Below are positions 53,829-64,000 of a DNA stretch of 64,000 nucleotides, piece after piece. The stretch's first letter is position 1. The number at the start of each line of letters is the position of its first letter. Origin of the DNA: Stegostoma tigrinum (lineage: Eukaryota). The DNA is taken from the NCBI RefSeq assembly GCF_030684315.1, contig NC_081360.1, positions 12,871,763-12,935,762 on the forward strand, in the 5' to 3' direction. Made by a program: the position numbers and the translations under genes. A model generated the notes under the pieces. It was given only the letters and a program-made list of their open reading frames with translations, made no database searches and had not been told where the DNA came from.

Positions 53829-54184
53829 TATATTCACCCTCACCACATGTAACATACGCCCATACTCCCCACGACTATTTTCACAGCATGCGTCCATCTG
53901 TGCTACGTTCAGTGGCAGCGAGTCGGATGTGGATAAGGGGCAGGAGTAATTTTTTGTGCTTAGTGAGGTTTAGGGGTTAGCTTTACGGATTACTAGGTTT
54001 AGCAGGTTGGGGGATATGATTACGCTCATTAAGATTAGGATTTCGGGTTAGCGATCATGGTTGTATACATGGGTTAAGGTTAGGTCTTAGTGTTCAGAGT
54101 TAAAGATTCATGGTTATTCTTTAGGTAAGGATAGAATTAAGGATGCAAAACTGAGAAAACGGAGTATGTGGTGCGGTGAATGTA
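53829..54184. repeat. TIR-bounded element with internal degenerate TTAGGG-like repeats
   Basis: tatattcaccctcaccacat / atgtggtgcggtgaatgta inverted ends, internal ggtttaggggttag, gggttaaggttagg. Confidence 0.5.
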
Positions 54185-54760
54185 GATTGGATATTTTTCC
54201 TGGCTGTAGAGTCAAACCTTGGGGCAAATAATTTCAGAATAAGGTGTAAGGCGATGTAGAGGAATTTCTTCACGCAGAGACTAGTGAATGTTTGGAACCA
54301 TCTACCCCAAAGGGCTGCTGAAGCCCATGCAACTCGGCATTTTCAAGCCATAAATAGATTTCTGGAAACCTAATGACATCAAGGGATATGGAGCTAGCAT
54401 GGAAAAGTGGTTTTGAGGCAAATGATCAGCCCCATTTAATAGCAGAGTATGTTTGATGTTTGGAATAGCACACTCCCATTCTTGTGTGAAAGCCCTTTGC
54501 AGATGACTGTGTGTATGCATTGAAAATGAACTGAAAGCACTATTTTCTGTACTGCTCAATTGCAACTTGTACCAGTTATTAATTAAGGAAATTGTTAATC
54601 TGATATTTTTGATGTAACCTGCTAAGTTTTGTGAAGAATTGAGAAGCTCTTGTGGGGGTTGGGGGGGCATGAGGGACAGGGAAAATAACTTGCATGAAGG
54701 AGAAAGACAGTGAGAATGCTCTCCAATAGACTAAAATGTCAGGTTTTGGGATTGGATTGA

Positions 54761-55060
<300 letters not shown>

Positions 55061-57154
55061 TGAAGATATAACAGGATGAAGGTGTTTAATTCTGGTGGCT
55101 TCCGTCAGTTTTATTTGTGCTCCATGCCTATAAATGAGCTTCATTCTCCTATAAACTGTAGTATATCTGGCAGTGTCATACTGCCTAGGTATCAGACCAA
55201 AACTGTTTTACTGAAAGGTATTCATGGCTAAACTCTCTTGTTACCATGCTACTTTGAACAAACCCTGTGGACAGTGAGACTCGTGCTATGAATCAGGTTT
55301 ATTAAAACTAAGATGAAACAGGAGCAGAAAATTAATACAGATGAACTTGTAAGTTGGACCTCCTGAATAACAAAGTGGAGTACTTCACAGCCAATAATAT
55401 TAAATTTTAGGTAACCTCATTTATAAGCCACACAATGAAGATTTCAACTGTGGATTCCTCAGGTGCTCACTTAAACACGAACTGCAATGTAATGTGCAGG
55501 ATGAAGATCTGATACAGGCTGATGTGGAAGTTATTTCCCTTCCTCAAAGCTGATGGCTAGTGGCCTAGGAATTGCCTGCTACCTTAGAACATGTTTGATG
55601 GCACGTCATCACCTTTTAAAGTGATAACTTAACTTTTATCTGAAAGAAGTTTACACCACCTGTTTTCTTTGTGAGGTCGTCTCCCAGCCCTGTGTGTAGC
55701 ATATTCAGAAGATGGTTTTTAGCTCCAAAAAGAAAGAAATTACACCCAAGGATATATACTTTCAATGGAAGCTTCAATGTTTGTATTCGGGAATGGAGGT
55801 TACCCTGTTTTGTGGCAATTTAATTGTGGCAACTGTGAATTATCTATTGCTGATAGGATGTGTGCAATAATGTTCACAGTAATCAGATATACATCTGATT
55901 TAAATGAATTATACCAGTTTCGAAACTGTCAAATCATGATGGATTACATTCCCATGGGTATAGAAGATAAAGGGAGAGGGTTTCAGCTGATTAAAGAATT
56001 TGAGATGGTAAGATATATTCTGTTCTGATGGCAACATCCAGAAGTACTTGGGGTACAACCTTAACATTAGAGCTGGGTCATTCAGGGATGATATCAGAAG
56101 GTGCTTCTTCATTCAAACAGGGATGGAATTCTGGAATTCCCCCTCCACAAAAGTACTTAGGTTGTGTGGCATTTGAATGTTTGAAACCGAAAATAAGTTG
56201 TGTTTTGTTGAGGTAGGGATGATACAACCAAGATGTCTGTATATGGAGTTAGTGTACAACTCTGCTATTAGCTAACTAGGTAGTGTAATTGGCTTGAGGG
56301 GCTCAATATTGCTGCAAGCAGCAATTGAAAGAAGAGCTTCAGGATGCAGGGGAAAGATGTAAAGCGTTTTGAAGAGAAGAGCCGAAGTACAAGGGAAAGA
56401 GGAAAAAGAGAAAGTCAAGAATTCGTACTGAGTGAAATTGTAAAATCTTTGTATAAATACCATAGATAAATGTTGTTTCTATAATGAAACTAATGAAGAA
56501 TGACAAGACAGAGGTATAGGCCAAGGAACACCTGGAGAGTTCACAGAATTGTTGTAGTGTAGAAAGAGGCCATTCAGCCCGTCATATTTCCTATTCCTCA
56601 CCAACTGAGTTTGACAATTCAATGTCATTCTCTTGTCTTTTCTTTGATTCTATTCAAAAGTAATGTGCAGGGTTACAATCATGTCATACCGTTCTAAATA
56701 TCTCAGTTGAACCTTCATCCACTACGCTTGTAGGCAGTGCTTTCCAAATCCTAACATTCCTCTGTGTAAAAGGATTTTTTTCTTGCATCGTATTTGCTTC
56801 TTGTACAAATTATTTAATATCTGTTCCCTCTCATTCTTGATTCTTTTATGAGCAAAAAGTTCTTAATTGAAATGTTTGGTAAAGCCTAGTTTTAATAAAG
56901 GTTCAATGAGATTAATTATAAGAGTATTAAAATTGGCTCTCTTGAAGATGAAACTGTCAGAATTCTGTTTGGTGCCCTTTAAGGTAAAATGAGTTTCAAA
57001 TGAGTGCTGCAGATAATTTGATAAGTTATAACATTAATATTCAAGTACTTTACATTCATAAGTCACATTTTCTGCCTATCTAAACACTTTATGATTGTAT
57101 GAAATGGGAAACTCAAGCAGCGCAGACAGCAATTGTGGTATATTTCATTAGATA

Positions 57155-57612
57155 ATGAGTTTTGAGAAGATTTGTAGCTCAGGTTGAGGTTCTGGATGTG
57201 AGTTCGTTCGCTGAGCTGGAAGGTTAGTTTTCAGACGTTTCGTCACCATTCTAGGTAACATCATCAGTGAGCCTCCGACGAAGCGCTGGTGTTATGTCCC
57301 GCTTTCTATTTATCTGGTTCGGTTTCCTTGGGTTGGTGATGTCATTTCCTGTGTTGGTGATGTCATTTCCTGTTCTTTTTCTCAGGATGGTAGATTGACT
57401 TGGAGCCAATCTACCATCCTCTGAGAAAAAGAACAGGAAATGACATCACCAACGCAGGAAATGACATCACCAACCCAAGGAAACCGAACCAGATAAATAG
57501 AAAGCGGGACATAACACCAGCGCTTCGTCGGAGGCTCACTGATGATGTTACCTAGAATGGTGACGAAACGTTTGAAAACTAACCTTCCAGCTCAGCGAGC
57601 GAACTCACATCC
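57155..57612. mobile_element. Inverted pair of Penelope pLTRs (about 420-bp near-perfect palindrome) with 13-bp TSD
   Basis: Arms 57193-57397 and 57407-57613 are reverse complements and match the terminus of the 60054-60765 element. TSD ATTTCATTAGATA at 57142-57154 and 57613-57625. Confidence 0.88.
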
Positions 57613-57753
57613 ATTTCATTAGATATATCTTCTCTCTCAGACTCTATGATACAGCCAACTATTCTTATTTACCGTCTGCATATCTGTTACTTGATGCCTG
57701 TTTGTTGCTATTCCAATTTTATACTTCCTGTGTAATAATTGTAATTGATGTAG

Positions 57754-57885
<132 letters not shown>

Positions 57886-58688
57886 TAACTGTCCAAATCT
57901 ACTGTGTTTGTTAAAACAGTTATTTGAGTTCTTCCACCAATCTAGTTGATGAATTCCCAGCCTGTCTTCACAAGCACTCATACAGACAAGTAGTTCTATA
58001 AAAGTGTCGCTGATGTCACCTGTGGAAAGAATTGCATCCCTGAGGTATTGGCTGTGGCTCATTGGGTAGTATGTACTCTTCTGAAGTCTCACTGTGTATA
58101 CTTGAAGAAAAAAGTCTCTGCTGACACACCAACATAGAACTGCGAAGATACTTAATTGAGAAAAGTGAAATGCATTATTAAACTGAAGGTCCATCTACCC
58201 TTTGAGGTGGACATAAAAGATTCTGTGGCATTCTTTTGAAGAAGACCAAGAAAATGTCCTGAACAGTATCAATTCCCTTAACTAGCCTTGTTAAAATAGT
58301 TTGGTTATTTTCTCTTTGCTGTTTGAGGGAACATACTACGTACAATTTCAGTCCCTCACTTCTTAGATTATGACAAAATACTTGGGCTTTAAACATTTTG
58401 GAACATCTTGGAGTTGTGAAAGACACAGGTCATTATCAATTCTTTATTTTACAAAATATTTTGCATTTCCCCATTAGAGAGGGGGTAAAAATCATCAAAG
58501 AATACAAGTTTATTTTTCTTCACCTATCAGTTGGATTTTGTAAACTTAGGACTCATACCGGCGCACTAGCCGAAGAATATACCGTAATTTTGCTTCCACA
58601 AACAACACCTTAACTTTCGACATTGCCTGTCTTTAGACTTTATTATGGTATTGCTGTAAATGACAAAACATGTAACTTGGCGATTTGT

Positions 58689-58874
58689 ATCAGTGATAAT
58701 GGGAACTGCAGATGCTGGAGAATCCAAGATAATAAAATGTGAGGCTGGATGAACACAGCAGGCCCAGCAGCATCTCAGGAGCACAAAAGCGGACGTTTCT
58801 AGGCCCAAAACGTCAGATTTTGTGCTCCTGAGATGCTGCTGGGCCTGCTGTGTTCATCCAGCCTCACATTTTAT
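58689..58874. mobile_element. Hairpin element of the same family, ribozyme core deleted, 16-bp TSD
   Basis: Inverted arms, TSD TAACTTGGCRATTTGT at 58673-58688 and 58875-58890 (1 mismatch). Confidence 0.8.
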
Positions 58875-58976
58875 TAACTTGGCAATTTGTTGCATTTCAA
58901 ACCCCTCATTTGGGGAAAATGGAATAGAGGGAGGTCTGGTGGGAAGACAGGGGTGTGGTTTCTATATTCCTAATAG

Positions 58977-59405
<429 letters not shown>

Positions 59406-59702
59406 TGAGATGCACTGCACCATAGGTTAGGAGCACATATATGGTAAAGAACATAGGACAAAAAACACACTTTTCAGTCCTTTTTAAGCCAGTCCTACCA
59501 TTCGGTCAGATCATAATTGATCTGCCCCTCTATTCCATTTAGCTGCCTTGGTTCGATCTTCCTTAAAATCCTTGCCAGATTTTTTTAAAAAATCACCTTC
59601 TTCCTTTTTATAGTGCCTTTTGGACCATGACCCTGCCATGAAACAACAAGTGCTTGTTTCCAGATCAATCACTAACCTCTCTCCTCCAGTGGATTTTTTT
59701 TT

Positions 59703-59956
59703 TAGATTCCCTACAGTGTGGAAACGGGCCCTTCAGCCCAACAAGTCCACACGCTACGGGCAATTTAGCATGGCCAATCCACCTAACCTGCACATCTTTG
59801 GACTGTGGGAGGAAACCAGAGCGCCCGGAGGAAACCCACGCAGACACGGGGAGAGTGTGCAATCTCCACACAGACAGTCGCGTGAGGTGGGAGTTGAACC
59901 CGCATCCCTGGCGCTGTGAGGCTGCAATGCTAACCACTGAGCCACCGTGCTGCCCA
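59703..59956 (-). mobile_element. HE1/V-SINE
   Basis: Same family consensus, internally deleted tail. Confidence 0.85.
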
Positions 59957-60053
59957 TATTTCTTGAGTAATTTGTCAGCGGTCTGTGTTCTTATTTCACC
60001 CCAGACTTCACCCCAGACCTTGACAACCAATTCATATAGGGTTATTAACTAGC

Positions 60054-60765
60054 GAGTTTTGAGAAGATTTGTAGCTCAGATTGAGGTTTTGGATGTAAGT
60101 TTGCTCACTGAGCTGGAAGGTTCATTTTCAGACATTTCGTCACCATTCTAGGTAACATCATCAGTGAGCCTCCGGTGAAGCGCTGGTGTTAGGTTCCACT
60201 TACTATTTGTGTTTAGGGTTCCTTGGGTTGGTGATGTCATTTCCTGTTCTTTTTCTCAGAGGATGGTCGATTGATTTGGAGCCAATGTGTTTGTTGATGG
60301 AGTTCCTGTTGGATTCCATGCTTCTAGGAATTCTTGTGCGTGTCTTTGTTTGGCTTGTCCTAGGATGGATGTGTTGTCCCAATCAAAGTGGTGTCCTTCC
60401 TCATCTGTATGTAAGGATACGAGTGATAGTGGGTCATGTCTTTTTGTGGCCAGTTGATGTTCATGTATCCTGGTGGCTAGCTTTCTGCCTGTTTGTCCAA
60501 TGTAGTGTTTGTCACAGTTCTTGCAAGGTATTTTGTGAATGACGTTCGTTTTGCTTGTTGTCTGTATAGGGTCTTTTAAGTTCATTAGCTGCTGTTTTAG
60601 TGTGTTGGTGGGTTTGCGGGCTACCATGATGCCAAGAGGTCTGAGTAGTCCGGCAGTCTTTTCCGAGATGTCTTTGATGTAGGGGAGAGTGGTTATGGTT
60701 TCTGGGCACGTTTTGTCTGTTTGTTTGGGTTTCTTGCTGAGAACTTTGCTCACCATTTGACTGGA
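60054..60765 (-). mobile_element. 5'-truncated Penelope-like retroelement (GIY-YIG endonuclease plus pLTR with hammerhead core)
   Basis: ORF 60256-60756 contains NVIHKIPCKNCDKHYIGQTGRKLATRIHEH...HHFDW...LEAW, a PLE GIY-YIG domain. The terminal repeat has CTGATGA-stemII-GAAAT-GTC at 60128-60167. Confidence 0.88.
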
Positions 60766-62113
60766 GTGATGTCAAAATTTATGCAAGTCTCATCCATATT
60801 CTAATACAGGCCAGTATGATCCATTCTTTTGTTGATGTTTGATGTTTGATTACAACCTGCTGCAATGCAATAAATCTGTCATGGGGTTCAGCTGAGAAAC
60901 TGTGTAAAGTCTTGATCTGACACAGTGCAAAATTGTTTACCTTCATTATAAACTTGGTGCTGTGTCCAAGTCTGCATTGCCTAAGTTTTTTTTTTGCTTA
61001 TTTTGGGGTGAAGATTCAGGTCGATCCATATGAAACTGAGAGTTCATTCTAGGGATTTTCATTGATGTATTTTGCAACATTGTCTTCCAACTATGGCACA
61101 AATGATTGCATGCACGTTCTAAAGCAGCTACATCAGCTATGTAGAGAATGTCCTCCAATCTCTAAAATTCTTCTCTAATAACTTTTGAATTCTCTAGCTC
61201 TTGTACGATTGTTTGTCTGCTCTTCAATCTAAATTCCTTTTGAGTTTGAGCTAGCCATGTGTAGCTAATCACCATGCTGCCAAATTCATGTGCAGGTTTG
61301 ACAGGAATGCAGTGGGTACCAACAAGGTTATAACCTTGACTTGTTGACATGTGCAGCTAGGACGTGCTGTAATGGTGTGCTATTCAGTAATTCAGTCAAT
61401 ACATGGGTCTGCACCAGGGCAAGTTTTATTTTGATGGTGAGCATTTGGTAAATTTTTGGATCTTGAATCTTGGCCAAATGTTAGGAGTCAGTTTTTTTCA
61501 CTAGGTCAATCGTTGCTCAAGTATATATTCAAAGAAATAGTAGCTTTGAAATTGTCATTTAGGTGGCTATTCCCAGCAGCATCAACAAGTTTTTGACGGA
61601 AGTTTGATCTCCATCACACTTCACAAATGAATTACTTCCTCATTATCATCATTACTCTTGAATGGCTTAACTCCTTTTGTTCTAGACTCTGCCACCAGAG
61701 GAAGTACTTTCTGCCTTTTAAACATCTCATGAAGGTTTTCTGAGGAAGGGTCCTGACCTTAAATGTCAACTTTCTTGCTCCTCTGCTGCCTGGCCTGCTG
61801 TGCTCCTCTAGCTCCATACTGTTATCTCATGAAGATTGCCCCTTAACTTTCTAACTCGAGGGGATACAAGTATAGTCTGTGAAACCTGTCCTCCATAATT
61901 TAACTACTTTGGACTGTATATCATTCTCAGGGTTTAAAATTTCACCTTCACCATCAGAGTTATACTGCCACCTAAAGTAACTGGAGAGATCTAAAGAGAT
62001 TTTACTACCGAAGTTCATGCCAAAGATATTTATATCTAAACACTGCATAAGTTTTTTGTGATGTGCTGTGTTCTGGGATTCTACTCAAGTATAAAGAGAT
62101 TTGATGAGTGTAA

Positions 62114-62335
<222 letters not shown>

Positions 62336-62932
62336 TGAAGGATTTTAACATGACAATGTGTTTTGTAAAAGCACTGCACTCAAAATCCTCCAGCTGTCTA
62401 ATAATTTGGTATGATTTACAAAATGTCATATAAGTGAGGTGGAAGAGAAATTTCACTCCTTTCATGTAAAAAGCCATAACCCAGTTGAAACATTTTATTT
62501 TGGAGTCACAAGGTTGTAGATCCAGGTGCCTATTCAGAGACATCAACACACAATCTTACCTGATGCTTGAACATAGTACTAAGGGGCCTGTACTGTCAGA
62601 GTTGCCATTTTTCAAGTGACACGTGAAACAAAAATCGCACTTCGGGAAAACGTAAAAGATTTCATGGTTTATTTCCAAAGGAGAGTTCTCTGTCTTAATC
62701 ATTGGTCTGTTAACTGCATCTAAAAACAGATAAGCTGGCAACTTCTGCATTGTTCTTTGTGGGGTTTGATGGGTGCAGATTGAGTGTTATGTTACCTAAT
62801 TTTATCATAACTAAATTTCGAAGTAACTCATTGGCTGTTAAGGTCTTCCTAGCCCAAGAGGAAGAATATGGCATATTCTAGGCTGTTGAGATCACAGTTG
62901 TTTCATTTAAAGAGAATTCCATTCACTGTCCT

Positions 62933-63149
62933 CAGAGATAATGGGAACTGCAGATGCTGGCGAATCTGAGATAACAAAGTGTGGGGCTGGATGAACACAG
63001 CAGGCCAAGCAGCATCTTGGGAGCACAAAAGCTGACGTTTCGGGCCTAGACCCTTTCTGATGAAGGGTCTAGGCCCGAAACGTCAGCTTTTGTGTTCCTA
63101 AGATGCTGCTTGGCCTGCTGTGTTCATCCAGCCTCCCACTTTGTTATTG
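62933..63149. mobile_element. Non-autonomous Penelope-type hairpin element with hammerhead core and 14-bp TSD
   Basis: Inverted arms, CTGATGA-AGGGTCTAGGCCC-GAAACGTC at 63057-63084, TSD CCATTCACTGTCCT at 62919-62932 and 63150-63163. Confidence 0.82.
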
Positions 63150-63947
63150 CCATTCACTGTCCTGCTCACTTAGACTTTCCTGTTGTCCCTGCATTTGTCA
63201 TATGAAATATTTATCCTGTTTCCTTTTGAAAGCTGCTTCGAATCTTTATCGACAATCTTGCCAGGGGAATTCCAAATCCTGACCATTCATTATGCAATGG
63301 TTTTTCCTCACATCGTCTTTTTAGTTCTTTTCTATACATGACTGGGGTGACGCATGGAAATTGAGCCCCCTTGTTCTCAAAGTGATCACAAAAGTTGTTT
63401 TAAAAATAAATGCAGAATTCCCCAATTAGCCTGTCCTTTAGATCTAGGTTGTTGGAAATACAGACCATTTATCAGTACTTCATGGGTTACTATTTATTTC
63501 AAATAAATACACTAAGGATGGATAAAGTATTAGGAACTGTAACTCATCAAATCTCTAACCCACTTAAACTCTCCATTTACGTGCACAGTCAGACAGACAT
63601 GGACATTACAGCTTTTTTGCAGACAATGCACAACTTGAATCCCTCATCCTTGGAACCAGGAGCAGGATACAAATTCCTCATCCTTGGAGCAGGATTCAGA
63701 TTTTGAAAGAATGCAAAAAATTAGCTCAGTGCAATGATATGGTCTTTAATGTAGAAAGTTTACTATTCCATACAGGAAATATAATGTAAATACACAGGAA
63801 AGATATCATGAAACACGCCATGTGTAGCAAGCCTTTGCGCTTCTGCTTCTCTGAAATACTGATATGAATTTTTGGTGGGATTTTGTTGATTTATTGATTT
63901 TTGAAAGTGGGTGTGATTTTTTTTTTTTCACTTATCTTGCTCTGCAG

Positions 63948-64000
63948 GTTTGCATATGATGGCCTTAAGCGTCAGCGCTTAATTGTTCCCATGGTTAGGG
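63948..64000 (+). CDS. NDUFS1: NDUFS1 exon, truncated by window end (FAYDGLKRQRLIVPMVR)
   Basis: Acceptor ctctgcAG|G, conserved FAYDGLKRQRL. Confidence 0.95.

Noticed and set aside
57346-57475. Short direct repeats ttggtgatgtcatttcctg resembling a CRISPR-like array
   Set aside because: Two-unit tandem repeat inside the Penelope pLTR, no unique spacers, eukaryotic context.
63642-63702. Small tandem duplication cctcatccttgga...gcaggat
   Set aside because: Two-copy local slippage with no further structure.

Overview
Vertebrate genomic DNA, most likely from a shark or other cartilaginous fish (inferred from HE1/V-SINE, CR1 and Penelope repeat families). Three spliced protein-coding genes could be reconstructed by hand. 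(1) A ZDBF2 orthologue on the minus strand: CpG promoter at about 29.0-29.2 kb, coding exons 14234-14250, 11032-11137, 7637-7764 and 2042-5000, about 1069 aa. (2) A complete EEF1B2 on the minus strand: 7 coding exons, 34200-44713, 226 aa, TATA box plus 5'TOP start, hosting SNORD51 in an intron. (3) The 5' part of NDUFS1 on the plus strand: 9 coding exons from 48013 to the window edge, head-to-head with EEF1B2. Introns are rich in CR1/L2 LINEs, SINEs and DNA-transposon relics. The most striking non-genic signal is a set of Penelope-derived elements, many inserted as inverted hairpins with target-site duplications, carrying minimal hammerhead-ribozyme cores from at least three families. No GPR1/CMKLR2 ORF is present between EEF1B2 and ZDBF2, where mammals have one. 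Exon boundaries were checked by splice sites and reading phase; repeat boundaries are approximate.
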